IMG/VR virus record: IMGVR_UViG_3300047476_000704
Coordinates: 96,001-160,000 of that record
DNA: 64,000 nucleotides
Reading direction: 5' to 3' (one strand)
Origin: a virus
Both the position numbers and the translations under genes were made by a program. The notes below the pieces were generated by a model, which had not been told where the DNA came from, ran no database searches, and saw only the letters and a list, made by a program, of their open reading frames with translations. Shown piece by piece: positions 27,063-35,609 of the stretch; position 1 is the first letter of the stretch; each line of letters begins with the position of its first letter.

Positions 27063-27305
27063 TTATTTGTATAAACTACGGAATTTTTTTGGAATTTCTT
27101 TTAATTTTTTACCTCTGTAAAGGTCTTTTTGCTGAATTAGTTGTTTTCTTTCAGCTTTTTCCATCATTTCTCTTTTAGTAACCGATGGTTTTGTAAATTG
27201 TTGTCTATCTCTTAATTCTTTAACAACACCAATTGCATCAAACTTTTTCTTTAATTTTTTTAATGCTCCAGCAATATTGCCGTCTTTTACTTCAATGTTA
27301 ATCAT
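27063..27305 (-). CDS. rpsU: Ribosomal protein bS21 (phage-encoded)
   Basis: IEVKDGNIAGALKKLKKK...GVVKELRDRQQFTKPSVTKR matches bS21 (AL++FK+K...+++R.R..F.KPS..+R). Confidence 0.92.
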   Translation of the reverse strand: MINIEVKDGNIAGALKKLKKKFDAIGVVKELRDRQQFTKPSVTKREMMEKAERKQLIQQKDLYRGKKLKEIPKKFRSLYK

Positions 27306-27310
27306 AACTT

Positions 27311-27847
27311 TTACTTTTGTTCTACTTTTGTATATCTTTGATTTGTATCGTTTTGGATTCTTTTCTTTGTTGATTTTACTTTATCATAAGATGGAGCACC
27401 ATTGATATATCCACCAGGTAATGATAAACCTACACCAGCTCCACCTGGAAATCCATCTTCCGAAACTACACCCTCCAATCTACCAGTCTTTTTTATTTGG
27501 TCTAATTTAGATAGTGTATCGTTTTTAATTTTAGTATATCTACGAACTTCATTATCGTTTGTAGCTTTTTTTATTTGATTAGTAACCCATTGTAATTGCT
27601 TCATCAATTCTTTCTTCATAGATTCCGCACTTTCTTTAACTACGGATTCAGAGCAACCTATTGCATTATAGAATTTACTATAATCAAATTTGATTCCTTC
27701 ATCTTTGAATTGTCTTACCATATTATCGGCAATAGATTTACGATTTTCTACATCTAATACTTGATTTAGAATATCAATAATTCCGTCTACCATTTCGTAT
27801 TCGTTATTATCTAACTTTTCGTTTAATATAGTTTTTAACTTTATCAT
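27311..27847 (-). CDS. Putative internal head protein (MIKL tag)
   Basis: Starts MIKLKTILNE; internal VVKE/VVSE junctions. Confidence 0.55.
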   Translation of the reverse strand: MIKLKTILNEKLDNNEYEMVDGIIDILNQVLDVENRKSIADNMVRQFKDEGIKFDYSKFYNAIGCSESVVKESAESMKKELMKQLQWVTNQIKKATNDNEVRRYTKIKNDTLSKLDQIKKTGRLEGVVSEDGFPGGAGVGLSLPGGYINGAPSYDKVKSTKKRIQNDTNQRYTKVEQK

Positions 27848-28245
27848 TATCCTATTTTATTTAAATCCTTTAATATAGAATTTACTTCACTATTACTAAA
27901 ATTATGTTCCGATGCTATTTGTGACCTAGTTATATTTTTCCATATGGGATTTCCGTTTACATTTATATCAGATAGTATATCGTTTTTACTTCTACATCCG
28001 TTATAATCGCAATATTTACCATTATACAAAATACAAACGTGAACCATTGCTTTTGTTTCAGGTTCAATTACAGCTACATATTTACCTTTATTTCCTAAAT
28101 ATTTATTTAATGCATCGGCAAATGTATAACACCCACCACTCATATACCAATCTGTCCAATTGGTATCCTTTCTATATTGCTCTAAAACATCATCTAAATC
28201 TGATATAGATTTTACACCCTCTACCAAATCCTTTAACTTTATCAT
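27847..28245 (-). CDS. Putative internal head protein with a papain/transglutaminase-like Cys-His-Asp motif
   Basis: Starts MIKLKDLVE; GGC39YTFA.AL, VH69V, D80YNG. Confidence 0.5.
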   Translation of the reverse strand: MIKLKDLVEGVKSISDLDDVLEQYRKDTNWTDWYMSGGCYTFADALNKYLGNKGKYVAVIEPETKAMVHVCILYNGKYCDYNGCRSKNDILSDINVNGNPIWKNITRSQIASEHNFSNSEVNSILKDLNKIG

Positions 28246-28667
28246 TATAGTTTCTTTAATAAACTATCCATATCAATTTCAAATGCGTAACCTGCTCCAC
28301 TATGTCTCTTATCTACAATGACTTTCAATCCTAATTTCTTTTCCAAATGTTGTTTTAATAATTCTAAAAAATCAGCATCTCCACCTTTACCCATTCCCTT
28401 TTTAGATAATGTATATTGAGTAGCGTTTCCACCTAACTTTTGTTTTATTAAATCAATACCATCTACATCTTTCATTGAGCTAGGAACTAAAATAATTTTA
28501 CCATCTTTTGATGTTGGTGTAAATTTTACATTTCCAGACCAATGTGGGAACTCAAAGCCGGTACTTTCTTTTATTTGCGATTTGAATGCAGTATGATATG
28601 GATTAGAATAAACAACTCCTTGTTCAAACTTACCATGTCCTTTGACTAAATCCGTTAATTTTATCAT
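28245..28667 (-). CDS. Putative internal head protein (MIKL tag)
   Basis: Starts MIKLTDLV; internal QIKE junction. Confidence 0.5.
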   Translation of the reverse strand: MIKLTDLVKGHGKFEQGVVYSNPYHTAFKSQIKESTGFEFPHWSGNVKFTPTSKDGKIILVPSSMKDVDGIDLIKQKLGGNATQYTLSKKGMGKGGDADFLELLKQHLEKKLGLKVIVDKRHSGAGYAFEIDMDSLLKKL

Positions 28668-29176
28668 TAGTTAATATAGCAGTTAAGTTCGTATCCGTTT
28701 TTCATTCCATATACCTGAATGTGTAATTGTTTGTTTGATGGTTTTCCACCTTTGGTTAATTCAACTGAAACTTTAACAGTCTTTCCTTCCGATGGTTTAC
28801 GAGGTCCCATTCCTATCTTTCTAAATGAGTCATCATCATCTACCATATACCCTTTCTTCAAAGCGTATTCTTTTGCAGTTTGTATTGCTTCCGTATATGA
28901 TTTGTGATATACCTTCAAATCGTTTGCTTCGTTTACCGATTCACCTCTCAATTTTCCTAAATGATTGATAGCTTGCTTTTCGTTCTTCTTAAAGTAATCT
29001 TCAACTTCTTTTTTTGTATCAAATGATAATTGACCTTTACCCTTTGTAACATCATCTACCCAAAATGAATCAGAATCTCTATCAAATTCGTAGTATCCTA
29101 CAAGTTTGCCGTTTGATAATACCTTACCATCTTTAGCAACTACACTTTCGTTTAATAAATCGCTTAACTTTATCAT
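28667..29176 (-). CDS. Putative two-module internal head protein (MIKL tag)
   Basis: Start moved to ATG 29176 (MIKLSDLLNE); modules separated by SVNE. Confidence 0.55.
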   Translation of the reverse strand: MIKLSDLLNESVVAKDGKVLSNGKLVGYYEFDRDSDSFWVDDVTKGKGQLSFDTKKEVEDYFKKNEKQAINHLGKLRGESVNEANDLKVYHKSYTEAIQTAKEYALKKGYMVDDDDSFRKIGMGPRKPSEGKTVKVSVELTKGGKPSNKQLHIQVYGMKNGYELNCYIN

Positions 29177-29180
29177 CTTA

Positions 29181-29906
29181 TTATTTACTAATCTTAAAAA
29201 ATTTATTAAACTCATCTCGCATTACATCCGCCTGGTCTTGCTTTGTATGGTTTTGTTTTATAATAAGCTCCAAACCTTTTTTCATTTCAGGTACATTATT
29301 ACTATATTTTTGCTTTAACATTCTAAAAATGTTTTTAGCTTGAATACGAGTGTTTGCCCACTCATCATATTCGTTTATGTTTTCATCCGTTTCTTTACCT
29401 GCTCTTAAATCTGCTAAATCATCTGCTCCAATATCACCATCTTTATCAACATCCAATTTGTGTTGATTACCAACTAAATCTTCACTACGAATACCCAATC
29501 TTTGGTTTACTTCTTCTTCACTCAATTCACTAACACCATAGTATCTACCTATAATATGTCCCATATCTTCGTATAGGTTTTCCATTTGTGAATGTAATGA
29601 TTTTGCTTCGTTTGCAATCTTTTCAAATTGAGCAGATAATTTACCCAATTCATTCATATTGCGTTTTACAGTTGCTTCGTCAAAGTGATTACCAGCTTCT
29701 TTATTAGCAAACTCACTAGCTGCATCTGTAATTGCACCCAATGTTTCAGCAATTTGTGCTAAATCATTTTCATTCTTTAACTTTGGTCCAAATGAACCAT
29801 AAGTAGAAATGATTTCTAAAAAGTGTCTTCTTGCTTCGTTGCTTAAAGTTTGTTTAGGTGCCTTTTTATCTTCACCTTCTCCTAATAATTTCTTTAACTT
29901 TATCAT
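29181..29906 (-). CDS. Putative head protein (MIKL tag) with an EF-hand-like loop
   Basis: Start moved to ATG 29906 (MIKLKKLLGE); contains LDVDKDGDIGADDL. Confidence 0.55.
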   Translation of the reverse strand: MIKLKKLLGEGEDKKAPKQTLSNEARRHFLEIISTYGSFGPKLKNENDLAQIAETLGAITDAASEFANKEAGNHFDEATVKRNMNELGKLSAQFEKIANEAKSLHSQMENLYEDMGHIIGRYYGVSELSEEEVNQRLGIRSEDLVGNQHKLDVDKDGDIGADDLADLRAGKETDENINEYDEWANTRIQAKNIFRMLKQKYSNNVPEMKKGLELIIKQNHTKQDQADVMRDEFNKFFKISK

Positions 29907-29907
29907 C

Positions 29908-30132
29908 TTATTTTGCTTCAAATTGTTCTATAAGTTTGATTGCCATATCAATATGCTTTATTGCTTCTTTACTATAAGGTGCAATGTTGTGCTTAACCTC
30001 TTTCAATCTATCTAATGATTTTTCACGAGTCATTGCGTGCATTGCTGCTTCTAACAATTCTCTTCTTTGCTGTTCATCCGATTTGGCTTTAATCTTATTA
30101 GAAGCCATATATTTTGTTATATCAAATGCCAT
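29908..30132 (-). CDS. Small head-module protein
   Basis: MAFDITKYM echoes the MCP N-terminus MAQFDLNKLM. Confidence 0.5.
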   Translation of the reverse strand: MAFDITKYMASNKIKAKSDEQQRRELLEAAMHAMTREKSLDRLKEVKHNIAPYSKEAIKHIDMAIKLIEQFEAK

Positions 30133-30139
30133 ATTTTTA

Positions 30140-30724
30140 TTAGTTTAATTCTTCTATTATTTGCATCATTAAATCTTGTGCTTTACACCACTTACCACAC
30201 TCTTCAATTTCTCTTTTAACACTTTCATTCATAGCAGTTGGAGACATAAATGCTCCATGTGTAGATGGGTTAGATACAAAATCCCAACCAATTAGTTCAA
30301 AATCTTCTTGTACCATTACAGTATTCTCTCTCATAGGTTTAACTGAACCCATGCCTCTACTGCTAATACCCAAACGGATATTGTGTTTGAATAATTCTTT
30401 TAAGATGTTACCAGATGGAGTTGAAAGAACTTCTACTGTCCCACATAAGTCTTTACCATCCCACCAAATTTCTTTGATGTTGTGTGATACATTCTTTAAG
30501 TTAATAACAGTTGAATCTGGATGGTCTAACTCACCCAATGCTCTACGCTCTTGTATTAGTGTTTCGTATTTCTTTGCTTCCCTTTGTAATATATTATAAG
30601 GATAGATACGATGATTTTGGTTAGGAGCGTCCGCGCGTTGCAATACACCTTTAACCAAAAATTTGCCATTTGCATCTTCCTGTATAGTTCCTTCAAAAAG
30701 GTTATGTTCTATTAATAATCCCAT
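30140..30724 (-). CDS. gp21: Prohead protease, T4 gp21 family
   Basis: NQNHRIYP...RALGELDHP...NVSH...LSTPSGNIL...LGISSRGMGS...DFVSNPSTHGA. Confidence 0.95.
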   Translation of the reverse strand: MGLLIEHNLFEGTIQEDANGKFLVKGVLQRADAPNQNHRIYPYNILQREAKKYETLIQERRALGELDHPDSTVINLKNVSHNIKEIWWDGKDLCGTVEVLSTPSGNILKELFKHNIRLGISSRGMGSVKPMRENTVMVQEDFELIGWDFVSNPSTHGAFMSPTAMNESVKREIEECGKWCKAQDLMMQIIEELN

Positions 30725-30727
30725 ATC

Positions 30728-31603
30728 TTATGCTAATAAATGATAATACTCTCTAAAATGTTTCTGTCTGTCAGCCAAACCAATTGTACCGCCATTTACT
30801 CTTTTTGTAATCTTTGTTACTACTGCATCAGAACTACCTTCATCTGCTATTTTGTTCAATCCGTTTTTAGAGAAGAACCAAGCTGCTGATAATAATGCGT
30901 ATGCTCCAGCTACTTTATCTGGATTTGCTACCATATCTTCACCGATAGATTTACCAAATGCAGTATAGTTTTCTTTACCTGTCAATTGGATATATCCTCT
31001 ACCTCTGAATTTGTATCCCTCACGAGATGCTTCGTTTCCGTTACCCATTCTACTTGCATATACTCTACTTGCAATAAGTTCTGGCTTTCTTTCGTATTGT
31101 TGTGCTAATGCTACTGTTGGAAAGTATTTCTTAAATATACCCAACAAACCTTTTGCTGAATAGTTTAGATTTTCTTGTGTTGCTCTAAATCCACCACTTT
31201 CGTGTCCACATTGTGCTAAAAAGTGTGCTAATCTTAAAGGTGTGTTGATGTTAAACTTTGCAGCCGTATCAGGAATCATTGCTATTACATTAGCAGGAAT
31301 GTGTCCTTTTAATTTATCTAACTTTAAGCCAGGATACGATGCTAATGCCGGAGTAGGTGCTACAACAGGTGCAGGAGTTGGTGCAGGTGTTGGTTGTGCT
31401 ACTGGTTTAGGAACTACGGTAATACCCATAATCTTATTCCAAGTATTAGGTCCAACTATACCATCAGCTGCTAAACCATTTTTGGCTTGCCATGCTTTTA
31501 CTGCATCTTCTGTTTTTGGTCCAAAATTACCAACTGGGTCTAATCCCAATTTAACCTGTAATTTCTTTACATCTTCGTTATTATCACCCCTTTTTAACAA
31601 CAT
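30728..31603 (-). CDS. Endolysin: peptidoglycan-binding domain, Pro-rich linker, GH19 catalytic domain
   Basis: LKRGD..EDVKKLQ...DGIVGPNTW; PTPAPTPAP; HFLAQCGHESGGF...ENLNYS...FRGRGYIQLTG...NGGTIGLADR. Confidence 0.92.
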   Translation of the reverse strand: MLLKRGDNNEDVKKLQVKLGLDPVGNFGPKTEDAVKAWQAKNGLAADGIVGPNTWNKIMGITVVPKPVAQPTPAPTPAPVVAPTPALASYPGLKLDKLKGHIPANVIAMIPDTAAKFNINTPLRLAHFLAQCGHESGGFRATQENLNYSAKGLLGIFKKYFPTVALAQQYERKPELIASRVYASRMGNGNEASREGYKFRGRGYIQLTGKENYTAFGKSIGEDMVANPDKVAGAYALLSAAWFFSKNGLNKIADEGSSDAVVTKITKRVNGGTIGLADRQKHFREYYHLLA

Positions 31604-31605
31604 AA

Positions 31606-32382
31606 TTATTTTCCCTCACTTTTAGCTTTCCAAGCTGCATCTACTTTATTAAAAAATGCTTTCTTTTCATCATCACTCATAGATGGAATAGATTTACCAG
31701 CTTTATCCAATACTTTTTGGAAAAACTTTTGGTATTCTGCTTCCTCTTGCATTACTTCTCTTACGATTGATTTTAATGCTTCTCTCTTTAATGATTTTTG
31801 CTTACCCATAGTTTGTGGTAACCCATTTGCTACATTTTCAATATCTTCGCTGATTTTATATTTCATTCCCAAATGCCCTTTACCCATATCTTTTACATTA
31901 AACTTTTGGTGAAATGTAGATTGTTGTGCTGCTTTTGGTGTAATATCTAAAATCCAATCATTACCATCTTTTGATAAATAGTATGCATTTTTATCACCAG
32001 TCAAAGTTCTTACGATTGCATCTTTTGATATACCTTCGGTTACCGCTTCTTTAATTTTTTTAGATGCTAATTTAGAGTCGTGTTTTGATTTATTAGATGT
32101 ATATGAACCATCACCCCACCATGCTACAATTGCATCAGTATCAGTAGTTGAATGAAACCCAGAACCTGCATTAAATACATCTACAAATTGTAATCCTTTT
32201 TTAGATTTGATTAGGTCTTTGGCAAATTGAATTGCTTGTTTTTCATTACTAAACTTTTTGGCAGCTCTTATACCATCTGAATAATGAACTTCGTATGCTT
32301 CTTGAACTTGTGCAGTTCTTGAACCAATTGGTCCACCTAATGCTTTAAGAGTAATGATGCCCGATTTTTGTAAATGTCTCAT
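31606..32382 (-). CDS. Putative multi-module internal head protein
   Basis: E-terminated junctions (VQE, IKE/VTE, ISE, VRE/MQE); C-terminal YQKFFQK...KKAFFNKVD..WK module. Confidence 0.5.
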   Translation of the reverse strand: MRHLQKSGIITLKALGGPIGSRTAQVQEAYEVHYSDGIRAAKKFSNEKQAIQFAKDLIKSKKGLQFVDVFNAGSGFHSTTDTDAIVAWWGDGSYTSNKSKHDSKLASKKIKEAVTEGISKDAIVRTLTGDKNAYYLSKDGNDWILDITPKAAQQSTFHQKFNVKDMGKGHLGMKYKISEDIENVANGLPQTMGKQKSLKREALKSIVREVMQEEAEYQKFFQKVLDKAGKSIPSMSDDEKKAFFNKVDAAWKAKSEGK

Positions 32383-32383
32383 A

Positions 32384-32815
32384 TTAAAAATCTATAATTG
32401 TTCTTGCTATTTTATTTAATCTTTCTTTTATACGAAAGATACTTGTGTTTGTTCTTTTGTAGAAATCCTCGTTCTTTACTCCGTTTTCCATTTTAAGTTT
32501 GTTGTACCAACCTAAAAACTTTTCTACTTCTGCTAATTGATTTTTGATTTCTCTAACACCTAAATTGATTTTTTGTTCCGGCGAACGAGTTTCATCTCTT
32601 TTAAGTGCCAACCAACGATTTTCAGCCAATTCATATCCAGCTCCAGATGATTTAGCTTTACGCTCTTTATCGGCTTGTGTATTTCTACCAAACGCAAATG
32701 GAGTTTGATACCCATCTACCGAAGCAGTTGTAGTTTCTTCGTTAGTTGTTGTATTTCTCTCACGAAGTTTTTTACGAACAATTTCCTTTAATCTATCTCT
32801 ACTAGATAATTCCAT
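32384..32815 (-). CDS. Head-module hypothetical protein
   Basis: Intact ORF (EETTTASVDGYQTPFAF) between portal and protease. Confidence 0.55.
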   Translation of the reverse strand: MELSSRDRLKEIVRKKLRERNTTTNEETTTASVDGYQTPFAFGRNTQADKERKAKSSGAGYELAENRWLALKRDETRSPEQKINLGVREIKNQLAEVEKFLGWYNKLKMENGVKNEDFYKRTNTSIFRIKERLNKIARTIIDF

Positions 32816-33677
32816 TTTGAGTTCCCTTTAATACTTTCTCTAGCTCATACCCCATAATAACAGATGTAATATGTGTATCTGTAATTTTAGATGCCGTTTT
32901 GATTTTATTCAACTGATTGATTGTTTCAGCTAACTTTATTTTGGTAACTTTATCTTTGATTTCTTTACCAGTTTTAGTTAGTTCTTTTGTTAAAGTAACA
33001 ACTTCGTTTGTAATAAATGCTTTAAGATTATCCGAATTAGTAAATGAGTTGATATATTCTTTTAAAATACCCTTTTGCTTATCGTTTAAAGATTTGTATT
33101 TTTTATTAAAGTTTTCTACCAACATTTTATATGTTAGTAAACGGATTTCTTTATCTTCTTTTTTAAGAGCTTCGTTGATTTTATCTACCGATTTTGCATT
33201 TGCAACTGGTTTAGATGTAAGGTGTTCTACTATTGCGAATTTAGTATTCACAAAATCTTTTGGGTCATAAGAACTTTCAGTATTTAAATTAAATTCAAAT
33301 ATCTTATATACCGAAGCAAGAACTTTATAATTTGGAACTTGTGATTTTAAAAAATCATCTATTTGATAATTTTCTTTAATATCTTTGATAAGATTATACT
33401 TTTCTTTAAGTATTTTTTTCTCATCTAATTTTTTACGATTATCAATTACTGCATCAATAAATCTTTCAGCACGATTTTCATTGTTATATTTTTCATTTAC
33501 AATGAATTGATATAATTTTAATTCGTTTGCTAATTCCGTTTTAGAGTTGAAATACTTTTTTAATAATCCCTCTGCAATACTTTTACGATTGGAAAGGATG
33601 TCAGAAGTTACTTGACGAACCAATAGTTCGAAAAGAAAACCTGTATTTCTAAACTTTGAGTGCTTTATCTGTTTCAT
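32802..33677 (-). CDS. Head-module helical protein (possible prohead core component)
   Basis: KHSKFRNTGFLFELLVRQ; directly downstream of portal and preceded by the late motif. Confidence 0.55.
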   Translation of the reverse strand: MKQIKHSKFRNTGFLFELLVRQVTSDILSNRKSIAEGLLKKYFNSKTELANELKLYQFIVNEKYNNENRAERFIDAVIDNRKKLDEKKILKEKYNLIKDIKENYQIDDFLKSQVPNYKVLASVYKIFEFNLNTESSYDPKDFVNTKFAIVEHLTSKPVANAKSVDKINEALKKEDKEIRLLTYKMLVENFNKKYKSLNDKQKGILKEYINSFTNSDNLKAFITNEVVTLTKELTKTGKEIKDKVTKIKLAETINQLNKIKTASKITDTHITSVIMGYELEKVLKGTQNGII

Positions 33678-33727
33678 TTATTACTTTATTCCAAATATAA
33701 ATATATAATATCTATTTAATAATAATT

Positions 33728-35563
33728 TTATTCGATTATATTTTGCTCATCCATCATACTCTTTCCTTCCAATATCACTTTTGCTCCACCGGATTTTAGA
33801 GTTTTTTTGATTGATTTGATGAAACTCTCATTACTTCTACTTAATTTCTTCAATTCTTTATCACCCAAAGCATCTCTACCATAGATGTGGTCATCTTTAC
33901 CCATACGATTTACATCACGAGGTCTACCTGCCGCTTTTGCTTCATTTGGATTTTGTCCCAATTTTGATTTTAAATCCTGTATTGTTTTTTCAACATCCAA
34001 TGGTTCTCCGGTTGGAAACTCATCTTCCGGCTGCTCTTCTGGTTGTTCTTCACCACCCATTTCAGGTTGTCCACCCAACATACCACCTTGCTCTTGCTGC
34101 CCCTCTGGCTTTCCAGTTGTTTCTAAATTATTTAATGTAAATAGATTTTTAGCATCTTTAATTAAACCTTCTTTCATTTCCGAAACATCATCATCGCTGA
34201 AATTAAATATATTCTTATATACCCAATCCTTTGAGATAAGTTTTAAATCACCCATTGTTCTAGCCAAATCTACTTTAGATGACCACAATTCAATTTTAGA
34301 TTGTTCATAGATTGTATATGGGATAGTCAATGATAGCTCAAAATCAGCTAATTGCTCATCCTCAATACCCTGCGAATATAAGTGAATAATTGCTATCTTT
34401 TCTAATTCAGATGTTACAATTCGTTGTACTCTTTCGATTGTTTTGGCAAATCTCATATCCATAGCTGCTAATGTAGCTTTTGAATTACCATCTTCCAAAA
34501 ATCCTAAATGTTGTTTTGGTATTTTTAATGCCGCAAACATTTTATCTTTTAAGTAGTTTATATCTTCAATAGGAGCATATTCCAAACCATCCAAATTAGA
34601 GATTTCAGTTCCACTATCACTACCACGAACTGGCAGATAGAAGTCTTCCATCAAATTTTGGATGTTATATTTTAAGTTGTATTCACCAGTATCCGCATTG
34701 ATAATTGGTGCTTTCTTTGATTTGTTGATAATACGCTGAATGTAGTTATCAATTTCGTTTGTAGGAATGTTACCCACATCAATTTTGTAAATACGCTTTT
34801 GTGGTGCTCTTGATATACGATGTATAATCATAGCATCTTCCATCAAAGTAATTTGCTTCCACAATCTTCTTGCACTTTCTAACATAGATTTACCATAAGG
34901 TAAAAAGTTAGTGTCTGTCAACATACGAAAGTGAGCAATCTCATAGTTTTCGTATTCTGTTTTTTGTCCAGCTACATAAAGTGATTTAGTTGCTAATGGG
35001 GTGTGTACAAATTTAACTGATTGCCAATTGTTCGGGTCATAACCCTCAACACGAGTAATCTCATAAACCGAAAGTGGTTGAATACCTACAACACCTAACT
35101 CTTCTGCAATCTCAATATGTAAAAAGTGGTCACCATATTTAACCAAACTTCTTACCCAAGGGAATAAATTAAATTCAACATTTATAATATCGTAGAATAA
35201 GTTTTCTAATATGGATTTTATTTGTTCGTTATTAGTTCTAACTTCTAATACTCTTCCGTATTCATTTTTGGATGTAGATTCTTCTGCATAAATATCCAAT
35301 GCGGCACCAATGATTGGGTCAGCATCCATAGCATCATAATCTCTAAAAAGTTCTTGTCTGATTTGTTGGTAAGCAAGATAATTCTCATAGGTATTATTCA
35401 TAGCCGATGAGTGTAATCTCATATATCTATCACGTAGATTGGTAGCAATTGCTTGCGTTTCATCGTAATCAATTACCTTTAACCTATCTCCCTGCTTTCT
35501 TACGATTACCGATGTAGAGAATAGTTTGTTTAACCTACCAAAAAATGATTTATCTGTTGCCAT
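33728..35563 (-). CDS. gp20: Portal protein, T4 gp20 family
   Basis: MEDAMIIHRISRAPQKRIYKIDVGNIP...MEDFYLPVRG...GTEISNL...DINYLKDKMFAALKIPK. Confidence 0.97.
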   Translation of the reverse strand: MATDKSFFGRLNKLFSTSVIVRKQGDRLKVIDYDETQAIATNLRDRYMRLHSSAMNNTYENYLAYQQIRQELFRDYDAMDADPIIGAALDIYAEESTSKNEYGRVLEVRTNNEQIKSILENLFYDIINVEFNLFPWVRSLVKYGDHFLHIEIAEELGVVGIQPLSVYEITRVEGYDPNNWQSVKFVHTPLATKSLYVAGQKTEYENYEIAHFRMLTDTNFLPYGKSMLESARRLWKQITLMEDAMIIHRISRAPQKRIYKIDVGNIPTNEIDNYIQRIINKSKKAPIINADTGEYNLKYNIQNLMEDFYLPVRGSDSGTEISNLDGLEYAPIEDINYLKDKMFAALKIPKQHLGFLEDGNSKATLAAMDMRFAKTIERVQRIVTSELEKIAIIHLYSQGIEDEQLADFELSLTIPYTIYEQSKIELWSSKVDLARTMGDLKLISKDWVYKNIFNFSDDDVSEMKEGLIKDAKNLFTLNNLETTGKPEGQQEQGGMLGGQPEMGGEEQPEEQPEDEFPTGEPLDVEKTIQDLKSKLGQNPNEAKAAGRPRDVNRMGKDDHIYGRDALGDKELKKLSRSNESFIKSIKKTLKSGGAKVILEGKSMMDEQNIIE

Positions 35564-35609
35564 TTAGCGTTCTGTTTGTTTAATTATATAACCTTTATTA
35601 TTTTTACTC

